The translations under genes were made by a program, and so were the position numbers. Under the pieces are notes generated by a model, which did not search any database, was not told the origin of the DNA, and saw only the letters and a list, made by a program, of their open reading frames with translations. Source: the human T2T-CHM13v2.0 reference genome, Homo sapiens. From it: a DNA stretch of 64,000 nucleotides. Below are positions 49,119 through 62,310 of this stretch, piece by piece (position 1 is the first letter of the stretch; every line of letters starts with the position of its first letter). The stretch is from NCBI RefSeq assembly GCF_009914755.1, contig NC_060932.1, one strand, 5' to 3'.

Positions 49119-49191
49119 CAAGGGAACAACAGGGTGGCTTTTTTTTTTTAGCATTCAAGGGAACAACAGGGTGGCTTTTTTTTTTAGCATT
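49119..49191. repeat. Tandem duplication, 2 x ~37 bp
   Basis: caagggaacaacagggtggc(t)11agcatt followed by caagggaacaacagggtggc(t)10agcatt. Confidence 0.95.
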
Positions 49192-51897
49192 ATGACAAGC
49201 AAATGCTTGAATACCAAGGAGCACATGAGCTTTACAGCAGCAGGGAAAAAAGAAAAGAAAAGAAAAAAAAGCCCCCACATGGACGCCTGCCTCCAACTCC
49301 AGTGGCCCTGCACGGTGCAAAAAGGAGATTGCTAACAAAAAGGTTATTCAACGCTTCTCCGAATAAACCCAAAGGTAACAAGTATGGACGGAGCAGATGT
49401 CAGGAGGCTGAGCGCTACTTTGGAAAACTGCCGAGATATTTAAAAATAGCGCTTTCTTATTAACCCGAGCATAATGCTGAAAGTCCTTTAAAATAAAACT
49501 TCCCAGATGCCACCTGCATCTGACATGGCAATAGGATGAATGCCAGTGTGCCCACTGATACTGGAAATGCTCTCAAGAAACAGCCTCGACTGATTGTTCC
49601 GGCACAAACAAATCACAAACTAATTTATGTATTCCTGCAGCTGCACCCCAGCCGAGGCGGGGGAGTCGGACCAATTCACAGTTGACTAGTGCTGCCTCAT
49701 TCTTTGCAGATTTTGGCATTTAACTATAATTAAGATTTATTGTTCACTAGCTTGCAGGTCAGGGCAAGCATGACAATATGGGTGACTTTTCTGTTTACTA
49801 GTGAAATGTCTGGTAGGAGGAAGCCTCAAACCTTCCAAGCAGAACTTGACAGAAATAAATAGCGCCTCTTCTCTCCAGGACTAGCACATTACCGATTTTA
49901 ATCAGATGTGAGGAGTCACTTGAAGGGAGGGAAGGGACAAATCGGAAAGAGCTAGTGAACTGTGCTGTTGCTTTTGCATCAGAAGGGTAATGGCCAGAAG
50001 CCAAATCAATTATTGCTGATCTTCTGGATTTGGGAAAGGTATTGTCTGCTTGGTGTGGGAGGGAGGGAGCCCTTGATGGTTCTGCAGAGACTAGGACCTG
50101 TAGTTTCTCCTGGCCTCTCCTTGCCATTGAAAGGAGAACCATTCCTCATCTCTTCTTACTCTCAAGGATGCCGCTGGACCAGATCAGATGGCCCGAGGAG
50201 GAGGGAAGCAGGGTTCAGCAGTCAGCGGCCACTCACCTGCCTTTACCGTCTGTCTGCTGCGGTCCTGGGCAGGTGACCCACGACACAGTGGGTGTGAAGA
50301 AACAAATGATCCTGAGCAGACAGATGAAGAAGGGCATCCCATCCCCACTGCTTTATTAGAAGGCAGAAATGCTAACGTGCAATGTGCTTCCATTTTCTAG
50401 CATCTATAATTGATTGTATATCACCGTTTGGACTCCTTGGGATATTTTTGTCGGTGTCTATATAAAACAGAAAAACATCACTCACAAGGACCACAGGTTT
50501 GAAGCCTGAGCCTGCTCTGTTTCTCTTGTTCCCTGACAGAGGAGGAGGGAAAATCCTTTGCCCTTCTGTAGTGCTGCTAACTACAGAATGTAATTATATA
50601 TAATAATGTAAAAAATGCCTTTGTATCTCACCTTAAACTGTAAAGGATTCAAAATATGGCTTTCAAATATCTATACAACACTTTAGGAAACAAAGGTGAA
50701 ATAAGTGAGTGAGAAAATTGGGTGATTCCTGCATTCTTCTGTTTCATGCTGCCTGTTAACATTAGCACTACCAGTTCCTGGAAGCTGAAGTTCCTGGTTT
50801 GATTCAGTAATGTATAATGCAGGACTTAATTCCAGCGCATTTGTTTTTCTCTTTATCAGAAAAGGATCTTGAGATTCTGAGAAGTAAAAGGAAACTTTTG
50901 TTTTGACATTAGGAGAAGGCTGTAAAAGCAAGCATTTTCCCCAAAGGTGAAAATAGTGTGAAATTAATTTTAGTCGTGTTTAGATATGAGATCGGACAAA
51001 GGATTTAAAAGAAAACTTTTCATCTATTTTAGCAAGTGAAGATGTTTTATAGTAGCAGATACCAGATTGCTAATGCTGTGGAATTCAGTTCAATTGAAGT
51101 GTTACTGAACCATGGAAGAGGAAAATAGAATTGTGGGAGGGTGGATTCTAATATTTAGATTTGGCTATTTGTAGTATTTTTAACCACTTAAAAAGTCAAG
51201 TTCTTGGTTGCACTAAAGTCACTATCGTTAGTTTAGTTTTCAGATTTTGCCAGTTAAATCAGCATCACTTTATCCTAAGGAAACCTGAGACAGGCATAGA
51301 AAGATTCCAGTAAGTCTCCCAGAGAGCCAACCTGACCCTAAATGCAAGCCTGGTTTACCAAGCCATGGAACTTTGAACTTGGTGATGCTCTGTAAGGTCA
51401 TCTCCTGAGAACGCAAGCAGCCACCACCCTACTCCCGCATTGCTGATAGAAGCAAAGCACATTTATAAACACGGGCACCTGCCACTGTGGACACAAACCG
51501 GCACAGAAAAGGACGTGCAGGACACAGTGGCCATTTAGTGGACAGGACGTCGTTAAGCGCACCGCCCCTGGGTACAGACAACGGAAGGGGGAGGGAAGGA
51601 GCAGTGTGGCAGGGCCATGCGCTCGGAACAGGTGGGAAGCTGGAGGAAAATCACTTTGCTCTCAGCTGGGGAGGGCTTTGTGGAGGAAGCAGGATTTCAG
51701 GAGCTGCAAGAATGATTGCAGGAGACAGCTTGACGGGATGGGATGGGGCAGGATTCCAAGCACAGGGACTCCTGCCCAGGAACGAAGGAAATCTTGAAGG
51801 AGGGAATATGTGCTTAGTTGATGGGTCAGTGGGAAGAATTCCAAGGAAGAAAGAGGAGGAATGGGCCATTTATTAGTAGGGCAACTTGGATGCGCAG

Positions 51898-52372
51898 GAC
51901 GCAGATCGTCATCTACTCAAACACAGTCGCTGTTTTCCCATCATCCCTGAACGCGCAATTACTTTGTTACAGTCCTCCACATTTAAGCTTTGTTTTTTTT
52001 CAACAATAATATGGCACCCAAATTGGTCACCACACTCATAAGGGAATATTAAAAATGAGACATGATTCATCAAGCTGCCTTCAGTAGAGATAAAATGGAT
52101 CAAAACACAGGCAAAATAACCCCACTGTTAGAAAATTTTTCTAAAAAATGTGTTTTCTAAATTAGAGAAGAGAGGAGTACCACGGAGTAACTATTATTTC
52201 CTGAGACAGTAAGAATTGGGGATTTACTTTTTTTTTTTTTTTTTTAAGAGCTAGGATCTCACTATGTTGGCCAGGCTGGAAAGCAGTGGCACAATCATAG
52301 CTCACTGCAGCCTCAAACTCATGGGTTCAAGTGACTCTCCTGCCTCAGCTTCCCCAAGTAGCTTGGACTACA
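51898..52372 (+). repeat. Inverted duplication arm A (~330 bp unique DNA plus most of an Alu monomer)
   Basis: Reverse complement aligns to 54907-55205 plus 55511-55676; ~15 substitutions and 2 indels in the 167 bp aligned by hand. Confidence 0.93.
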
Positions 52373-52395
52373 GTCATGTGCCACCACAGCAGGCG
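52228..52395 (-). mobile_element. Free Alu monomer (FAM/FRAM-like), complete
   Basis: Monomer with degenerate TSD ggggatttactttt / gggcattcactttt. Confidence 0.8.
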
Positions 52396-52479
52396 GGCAT
52401 TCACTTTTAAGAGGAGGAGAGTAAACAATAGTTTTCTATCTTCAAGGAAGAAACAGAGATGTTAGAGATTTCAGGTCCT

Positions 52480-53460
52480 TGTAACTGATATTGCTGAGTT
52501 ACCCTGCAAAAATGCTGCAGGAATATTTACTCCTATGAAGTTTGTGAAAGACTGGCTATTTCCCCAAATGCTTCCCAGGAATAGAAGTTATCAGGACTCA
52601 TGATGTCATAAGACAAGACAAGTATCTTGGCCTAGTAAAACAAAACTAGTATTTTGTTTTACTTTGATCTTCCCTGGGTGTGATGGGGAGCATTTATTTA
52701 AATATAAATTTCCATATCTGAATCTATATCTATACCTAATCTCTTTTGACCACTTGCACCTCTTATGTGAATTGGCTATTCAATCCCTTTGGTCATTTTT
52801 TCTGTTAGGCTCTTTGCCATTTATTATTTTATCTAATTTATATGCATATTAGGGTTACACATACCATTAGTATAAGAGAGTATACATTCTATTGTGCTCT
52901 TGCCAGCATTCAGTAAAATTGACACTCTTAAAAATTTTTTTTTTTTTTTCTGAGATAGAGTCTCATTCTGTTGTATAGCCTGGAATGCAGTGCCTCGCCC
53001 TCCCAGGCTCAAGCGATTCTCCCACGTAGCCTCCTGAGTAGCTGGGACCACAGGCACATGCCAACACACCAGGCTAATCTTTTAATTTTTTGTAGATACA
53101 GGGTCTCCCTGTGTTGCTCAGGCTGGTCTCGAACTCCTGGGCTCAAGTGATCTACTCGCCTCGGCCTCGCCAAGTGCTGGGATTACAGGTGTGAGTCACT
53201 GTGCCTGGCAAATTGATATTCTTAATTTGCCAGTTGAAGAGTCTAAAAAGAGTATTTTGATGTTTTTGTTTATATATACTTGCTTATTAATGAGGTTGAA
53301 CTTTTTTTCATATATTTATTAGAAATTTTTATTTCTTTTGCAAATACCCCCTTGCCCGATTTTGGCAGTTGCCAATTGTGTTTTTCTTATTGGTCTGTAG
53401 GACCTCTTTATGGGGCATGAACCCAGTGTCTCTTACTTGTTATATATATTTTGTCATGCA
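52480..53460 (-). mobile_element. Old L1ME fragment split by AluJ
   Basis: ttgtgaattggctattc..tcctttg.tcattttt..attaatgaggttgaac..tttttcatatatttatt. Confidence 0.5.
52935..53209 (-). mobile_element. AluJ with internal deletion
   Basis: J diagnostics; TSD aaattga(c/t)a(c/t)tctt (52916, 53210). Confidence 0.88.
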
Positions 53461-54095
53461 AATTTTAGGCACTTTAGGTATCCTATGAGCTATCAGTGAG
53501 CTTTTGCACTTGGTTTGCAGAGACACTGCCGATGGGGTGGGAGAAAGGTGTGTGTTTCAACGCTGGCTTGTGTTCTCTTTAAGTTTCTGAAATCAAACAT
53601 AATTCACTATCTTGAGGATTAACTTCCTGTGGAAAAATACCTCATCTTGTCTATATAAGAAACGGCTTTGACCATGTACCATACAACACAGCAACCCTGG
53701 CCTTATTGTGCCAAAGGTGCATTTGCTTGATATTATTACCATTGAGCTGATGAATTCAAATGCCTCTCCTTGCTCCCTTGACCACAGGAGCTGGGGCTGG
53801 GATGGGAATGGGGAGGGAGTAGGGAATCAGTAAATAGACAGCAGAATCACTAAGGTGGTAGGAAGGGCAGGGAAAAGACTTGAACCTGGCCCCAAATGTT
53901 GCCTACTCTTGCTCCATTCACCTCTGCTTGTTGCTGACTTCTGACTTCCTCTAATTTTCTCCCTTGGTAGGTTGGCCTTCTTCATGTGACAGAAAATATC
54001 TTGCACTGTCCTCCCCTGAGAGAGGCAGACTCGTTTGTCTTTTAATTGCATCCTGCAGAAAGCACTCTCTTGAGGGCCCAGTCCAGGTCATGAGT

Positions 54096-54288
54096 AAGGT
54101 TGATAGATAAAATACAGGACAACCGGATGCATTAGAATTTCACAGAAGCAACTCATCATTTTAAAGTTATAAGTATGTTCCAAAAGTTGTATGGGATACA
54201 CTTATACTAAAAAGTTATTCATTGTTTATCTGAAATTCAAATTTAACTGGATGGCCTGTATTTTTATTTGCCAAGTTTGGCAAACCTA
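54096..54288. mobile_element. MER53 palindromic MITE
   Basis: ataaaatacaggac..gaatttca..tataagtatgt.cc / ggga.acacttatactaaaaa.ttattcattgtttatctgaaattcaaatttaactgg..cctgtattttt. Confidence 0.85.
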
Positions 54289-54906
54289 GTCTGCTCCTGG
54301 ACCAATTGACCTAGAGCCAGGGAGCTGAGGTTCTGTCTACCCTCACATCAATTAAAGAGTGGGCCAGATTATGTCCTTACTGTTGCCCATTTGTTAATGG
54401 TGGAGATGAGGGGGTGGTTAATTACACTAAACAGGCAATTCTATGAGTATCCACCATACCTGCTCTACTTAAAGCAGCTGGTCTCTCTGCCCAGAATGGA
54501 CTTTCTACCAGCTCTCCTGGCCCCAGGCTGGCCTGCCTGCATACTGCTTACTCTCTGGCACAATCCTCTCAGGTTCCTGTCATTGTTCCTGTCATTGTTT
54601 GTCAACTCTCTGGGTCTTTGTTCTGTGCTATGATGTAAACTATGTGAGAAGCAGCGCAGCGCCTGGCTGGGGCTTCTGCGGTGCATCCCTACATTTCATG
54701 CAGGGCCCGGCACACGTTAGGCGGAAGGACACACTTGGTTCGCACCAATTCAGCTAAGAGTCCCCCGTATCTGTTACATGCTTTTCCTTCCACGCCTGTC
54801 CCGTCACCGCTGTAATGGGAGACCCTACACTTTGATCTGCAGAGACCATGCATGCGCTTGTCCTTTCTACTTCTTCATGGTTTTCGCTTGTGCAGACGAA
54901 ATTACC

Positions 54907-55676
<770 letters not shown>

Positions 55677-56099
55677 TGTTTACCTTCAGTGTCTTCCATT
55701 CCCGCCTGCCTGGTCACTGCCAAGCCTCACGCCCATGCAGGGGCTCAGCTCTGAGTGGAGAAGGCCAGTGTGGCAAGGCACACCTTTTAGCCAAGGGAGA
55801 CAGCGCTAGGGCAGATGCTCACCCAGAATCCGCTCACCCAGGGATGCTGGACCCTGCACATCCTGGGAGGCTTCTTAGCAGATGGCTCTGGAGAGCAAAG
55901 ATGTCCAGCTTTCCCCTTCCTGTTTTCTTCCCTCCCACTCTTGCATTTCCTCTTCCTCTATCTGGAGTCTTCTCCTCCCCCAGTACCCTTCCCTCTAACT
56001 TCCTTCCACCCCACAACCTGTCCTGACCACACTGCCCACCTTCTCGCTCACCCAAGCTCTTTTGCACTCTCTCTCTTTCCTCCCATTTAAAGAACATTT

Positions 56100-56300
56100 G
56101 CTATATACTGGGCACCTTAGTACCTTACATACATTTTGTTTTCATTATATCATTTTTCCCAATGCTATAGTGTAGCAATATTTATTTCCATTTTGCAAAT
56201 GAGAAATGGAAACATTAGGAAATGAGAACTGTGAAGGAGATACAGCCCGAGAGTGATGGAGATGGGCTTTGAACCTGGATCTTCTGACAGCAGAGTCTGT
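56100..56300 (-). mobile_element. MIR
   Basis: ccattttgcaaatgagaaa..gggctttgaacctggatcttctgac.gcagag. Confidence 0.55.
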
Positions 56301-58959
56301 ACTTGTGAGTGTCGTGTTGTACTGACATGTAGCCCTCAGAGGCTGACATTTCAGCGTGCATGACATGTATATGGGTGGAATGGGGAGGGCCAATGTTTAG
56401 GGGTAGGTGTCCTGTGCAGCACTGTGTGAGTCCTCGTCCAGCTTCATCCATGACCAGGCTTGGTGCTGTGCTCCCCCGCTCTTTCCATCTGTGCCAGCTC
56501 CCACTGCCTCCATCATCACCTGTCTTCACCCCGCTCCTTTGTTTTTCATTCATTACACTGTGGGCTAGCTTCTTCCTCCTCACATCTAGGGAGGCATTAT
56601 TACTTTGCAAACAAAACATGTCCTGCTTGCCCTAGAAGATGGGTTGTCTGCAGAGATTTCCTGCAGACTGCTGTGCTCATCGTGGCTCAGGATTCTTGTA
56701 AACTGCAGTCACAGAGGGTGGCACTTCCTGCCGGAGGGAAACTTGTCCTCTCCCTGACCTCTGCCTTATTATCCCTTGCCGTCCATCTTGGAATCCCTCT
56801 CCCATTTGCACTGAGGCCCTCCTGCTACCAACATCAGGACATCCCAGGCAGGGAGAGAACCATGTCATTTGGAGATGGCAGGGGACAGACAGACATTGCC
56901 AAGTGGGCTGTTTTCCTGCCTCGGTCCTTCCTGGCCATTCGGTGGTCCACATCCTGACCCTCCCCCATAACCACTGGAGGCCAAGACTTGCAACGTTCCT
57001 GAGCCCCAACACAGCCAATTATGCCACAAATAAATAAAGATGGAGAGAGCAGGGGGCTCCTTCCCAGCCTCCATATAGAGCCTTCTTTGAATGACATGGC
57101 TCTGGTCCCCAGCTGTGGCTGAGAATGTGTTTCAGGGCTGTACCTCAGACAATGCTGGCCCAGTCTCCTTCCCCAGCTCCCAGCTGCATTTTGCCTCTGG
57201 CCTGGGAGTCTCTGCATCTCTCCCCTCTCATGCTCTCTTTCTCTCTCTCGGTCCTTTGGTCATTTTCTTTCCAGATTTTCAAAAGGGGAAGGGACTGGAA
57301 AACAAATTCAAACCCTGATTTTTGAGTGGGGTGAAGCCTTCTGCATGAAGAAATAAAAGATCATACATTGATAGCTTGGAAAACAATGGTAATATTTAAT
57401 TAACCTTTTGAAATGGCTGATCTGCAAATCTGCACGTGTCAGCTCATCTTCAGAACAGAGGCACTGTGTGTGCCGATGCCAAAATCAACATGCTGGTCCA
57501 TGGATTTCCTCCATGGGGATTTCACAGGGGGAAAAAGTAAGAATATATTCCATGACCCCTCCTCCCACCATCAGTTGTGTTACTTTTAAAAATTCATGTG
57601 ATCCAGCTGCCCTCGCCAAGGTTGGACGCAGCCTGTTGTGCTGCACATCTGAGGACCCCGAGCTGAAGCTTGGCTCTTGTCCCTGTCATTGTAGCAGACA
57701 GGCCTCGGGCCTCCTGGGGGACTGAGGGTCAGTTCTGATGACAGCAAAAATCAGCTCGATGCACTTGGAGTTCTCCCAACACGGTGCATATCCACAGGAC
57801 AAAGGGAATTAGACTCATCTGCAAGTGTCAACTCTCTGACTTTTTAGTGTTTTTTTTTTTTTTTTTTCTTTCTTGTAAAGGTGGCGTGGTCTCTTAGTTT
57901 GAGAAGTCATGTCATCCAGGGAGCATGGAGGTTGGCTCATTAAAATATCACTTGGTTAAAGTAAATCAGTGTTGACGGAATTGTTTAAGATATTCCCCCT
58001 CGTGGAGCTGGTGTGCCACGCTGATCAACTTGTTACTCCCATCACCATGGGCTACGTGGAAACTCCTCCTTTCTACTCTGCACCCCATACCTGCTTTAAT
58101 GAGCATGTCTCCAAATGTAATCGGAAGCCTGAGTTGATGGGTGGTGACTCATACATTTCATTTCCTTTTATCAACGGCAGTAGCAGAAAGAATCAGGGAG
58201 GGTGATATTTTGCTCTTTGGGACTTCTAGGAATTAAAGGAGTATGGGCATCAAGAAAATGAATATGAAATAGGTGATTTCAACTGTACGTACACATCAGT
58301 CAAGCAACAACATGCACTTTGAAATGTTTAAAGAAATTACTGTAACTTGTGAGAAGTCTTTAGTTGTTTTTATGTGTTTTGACTGATCAGAGAAAAAAGC
58401 GTGGGGCTTTTAAGAAATGTGTGGCAAAACTGTAAAGCTTTGAATAAGGAAGATTTAAGGCTTATGAAGACTTGACAAAGGTAGGATGATGCACAGTGGA
58501 GTAAATGAGGTAATTATTTGATTGCAAAGGTCACTTTTTCCTAATTGGAAGGACACAGCATAGTTGGGCAAAACAACTGCAAAATAATCTTATCTCTGTC
58601 ATTCTGGCAGGCTCAATAGATGTGGGGATCAATAAATGAGGCTGGAAGGTATGAAGCGTTCCTTAAGGTGACCAGGAGAGTGCCTTTCTAGAAGAAGTAG
58701 CTCCTCTGTGATGGCCTGACCATCAGTGACTCTGTTCACAGGGCAAGGACAAGAAGGCCAATGGCCACAATGACCCAGAAGTGTTAGAAATACCAAATCT
58801 GCCAGTGGCAATTGCCAGGCTGAGACCCAAGGTCTTTTTGGTCCCAAAAAGCATGGAAGGTAGCAGGAAATAAGTTTTCCTGGAGGTAGAAAGAACATTT
58901 GTGGTTTGGCTATAAGCCTACACATAGTGACCACTGGCTGCACTTCAAGCTTGTAGTAG

Positions 58960-59092
58960 GTGCTTTACAGGCCTTATCTCATTTAATCCTTACAGCAAAC
59001 CTATGAGGTATTTACTAGTATTAGCCCCACTTTATAGTTGAGGCAATTGAGGGACAGAGAGGCTAAGTAACTTGTTTGCAGTCACACAGAAT
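58960..59092 (-). mobile_element. MIR
   Basis: ttatctcatttaatcctt.cagcaa.cctatgaggta..ccccactttatag.tgagg.aa.tgagg.acagagagg.taagtaacttg. Confidence 0.75.
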
Positions 59093-59600
59093 ATACTGAT
59101 TCTGAGTAGTAATTGAAGAGTTGAGCTGAAGAGGAAGGTTATCTGTTATATCCAATGGTTTGTATTTGTTAAATGGATTTATCTTGTTTTAATAGTGTTT
59201 AGTAGTTGGGCTCAGCTGCTCAATGTGACTTGCACAGTGTGTAGTAGTGTTCAGAGGGTCCAATGTCAGGCTTTCTTCAGAAGCTGATCCAAACTACCTC
59301 ATCCACTCTGAGTCATGTGTTCTTTCTTCTGTGACAGCAGCAACAGGACAGATCTTAGATTTCTGGAAGAGCTTCACCATCCTGAACACACGTGGGAGAA
59401 AAGTGAGTCAAATTGAGAAAGCAGAGCAAAAGGGTGGGGCAGGGGTTGGACACACAGAAACCATTCCCCTCCCCTACCTTTTGTTCCCTCAAAATGGACC
59501 TCATAGCTTCGGGAGGGAATTAGAATATAAAATGGGATGGCCAACCAAAGGAGAGCTTATTGGTAGAAAAATGTGATGGCTTCCAACCGGCCTTCCACCA

Positions 59601-59647
59601 CTTCCATCCCAAAGCTTCCAGCCCAAAGCTTCCAGCCCAAAGCTTCA
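59601..59647. repeat. 14-bp tandem repeat (cttccagcccaaag) x ~3.3
   Basis: Read directly from the sequence. Confidence 0.85.
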
Positions 59648-59734
59648 TCTGACCCCTAAGACTGGCCTGAGTATGATTAGACCACCAGAATCAATAAAAT
59701 ATGGTGAGCTGGGTGGTTACTCAATAAGGAAATA

Positions 59735-60071
59735 CAGGTTGAGCATGCCTAATTTGAAAATGCCAAATCTGAAATGCTCCAAAATCCAAAACTTTCTGAG
59801 TGCCAACATGACATAGTGACACCTTTGCTTTCTGATGGCTCAGTGTACACAAACTTTGTTTCAGGCACAAAATTAGTACAAATATTGTATAAAATTACCT
59901 TCAGGCTATGTGTATAAGATGTATATGAACCATAAAAACATCTTGTGTTTAGACTTGGGTCTCATCCCCAAGATATCTCATTCTGTATGTGCAAGTATTC
60001 CAAAATCCCAAAACCCAGAAATGCAAAGTACTTCTGGTCTCAAGCATTTTGGGTAAGGGGTACTCAACCTG
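59735..60071 (+). mobile_element. Tigger4-like (TcMar-Tigger) non-autonomous element
   Basis: TIRs caggttgagcat.. / ..tactcaacctg with TA duplications on both sides; internal aaatctgaaatgctccaaaatc. Confidence 0.85.
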
Positions 60072-62109
60072 TAGCACATGGATGTGATGCTGTGGAGGCC
60101 CCACGACCCAAAGTGTCTTATGGGTCATAACACAAACGGGCTTAATCCCACTCTTAAGAGGTTTATCTTGGGTCGGGGAGCAGCCCCTTCACCAAGGGTT
60201 CTGTCTGACATTATGACTAGAGGCCACCAAAAGACAATGTAAATGACAATGTCACTGATGACTACTGACAGTGGGAACATCCACCAAACCTAGGGACTTT
60301 ACTCTGATGTCTCATGTATTCATGCCTGTCTAATTCCCTGAGCAGCTAAACTATCACTTTCAGTGATTATCACTCTGGCAAAATCTAAGTGGACTCCCAG
60401 GGGGTGGGGGAAGAAAACTGCATGTGCATACATAAGAGTGGAAGCTGCGTAAATGTGTGTGTGCTTGCATTTGTGCATGCAAGTGGTGAGAAGCTGAGGG
60501 TCTGAGCAGTTTTCCGAGACTCCCCAGAATACAGAAGGCTTGTGGTGCATATGGGAGAACTGACAAGTATACCAGAAGGTGAGGAAATGGCTGGAAGCAA
60601 CACTAATGCCACTCCATCTGGAAAGAGGGGTACTGTTTAGTACGTCTGGAAAGCATTATTTCTGCAAATAGCTCAACCTCTATCAACTTTCAGGCAGGGA
60701 TCCCGATCTGCTGCCAAAATGAGATCTCCCTTACGGCAATGTGGTGGGAGCGGCTGAGCAAATGAACTAATAGCACAAAGCAGGAAATCTGTAGAGATGG
60801 CAGCCGGTAAGGTACCACACAGCAAGCACCTGCTTCTCTCCAAAAAGACAGCCGGGGCTTCGCATCACATTAGGCCAGGGCTGCACTGGGGGAGAGCCGA
60901 GCCTGGTGGGATTTTTGGGCTCAGCAGCCATTTCCAACAATTTCTCACAATTTTTGGGCTCAGAAAAGCCCCAAAGAGAGTTAGCCAAATGGCTTTCCTG
61001 CATTGATTTTTATACCCGTGGGTATTTTGAAGGAAATTAAATCCATGTGTCTCTGATTCGGTTGCCATTAGCACATGAAAACGCTGTTTTGTGAGAATTA
61101 TGGTATGCCGTGGGTGCCTTCGCACAGTGCTGCTAAATGCCATAAAACCGTCTAGCCAGACACGGAGGTGCAAGAAGCCGGGTGCGTTCTGCTATACGCC
61201 ATTTCCCTGCCTGTCCAGAAGGCAACATGTTTTTGTCATTTGCATCCTTTCTGAATGTAGCACAACATGTTTTCTCGTGCCTGTTAATCATCTATCATTT
61301 CCAATTTGAATGAAGCCGTATTAGTGTAGATGATGAGAAATTGCCCTTAACCACTAATAGCTGGACAGGATTCATAGGAAAGCTGCCACAAGGACTGGTG
61401 CTGGCCTCCAGGTCCAGGGACAAAGAGGCCAGCTGAAAAGTATCCCCAGAAAGGCCATTCAGGCTCCAGTTTGCAACCTTTAGAAGCAGGTGAGCATGCA
61501 CTGGCTGTGAGAGAGGGTGAGGAACCCTGGTCTGAGATCAGGGCTGGGGGGGCTCCTCTGGGCCCCACTACTGACTGCCTCTGAACTTCCTCTGTATTGA
61601 TCACCTGGTTGAATGCCATCAGTTTAGGGCTCTTTCTGGGCCTGACATTCTATGAATTAAAATCTAGCCCCAATACGTCCTTAGTGATCAACTTCACTGC
61701 ATGGTTGCATGTATTAAATCCCTACTGTGTTCAATGTTTTATGCTCAATGTTGAGGGCAGAAAGATGAAAAACCTGTTTTTGCCTTTGGAGGGAAGATGA
61801 AAAAAGGAAGGGGAGAGGACTGGTTATTGACTGTGAGTCAGGCAGAGTGTGGGAGCTTTATTCGTCAATCTCACATCATTGGCAAGAATTTTCTAACGTA
61901 TGCATTATCACCCCTATTTGATGAATGGAATTTTACTGAGTCAGGAGGGGTGAGTAATTTGCTCTTGGACAAGAGCTTGGAAATGTAGGAGTTGGGATAT
62001 GGGGTCTCTTTTCTATGACTCCAAATTTCGTGTTATTTTCTCTCCTCCTTACTGTCGCTTATAATTTAATGTGATAAGTTTCAAATATACACAAATCTAA
62101 TATTTTATA

Positions 62110-62310
62110 TCTAGAATTACAGGGAGGGAGTGCCTAATTCTGCTTTGGGAACATTGGAAGACTTCACTAAGAAAATGACATTTGCTTTGAGTTTTGAAAG
62201 ATGAGCAGAAGTTGACTCAGTGGAGATGGGAGATGGGTTGGGGATGGCAGAGGGAACAGTGTGTGCAAAGAGATAGAGTGAAAAGGGGGCAAAGTGTTTC
62301 AGGAACTGAA
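62110..62310 (-). mobile_element. L2 fragment
   Basis: ggaagacttcact.ag.a.atgacatttg...tgagttttgaaagatgag..gagggaacagt.tgtgcaaag. Confidence 0.55.

Noticed and set aside
51818-52009. Similar peptides in ORFs 51818-52009(+) and 55535-55723(-) as a paralogous small-protein pair
   Set aside because: The similarity only reflects the DNA duplication; starts and stops differ and the frame diverges at an indel.
59601-59647. Short direct repeats (also 49119-49191) as CRISPR-like arrays
   Set aside because: They are head-to-tail tandem repeats without unique spacers, in eukaryotic DNA.
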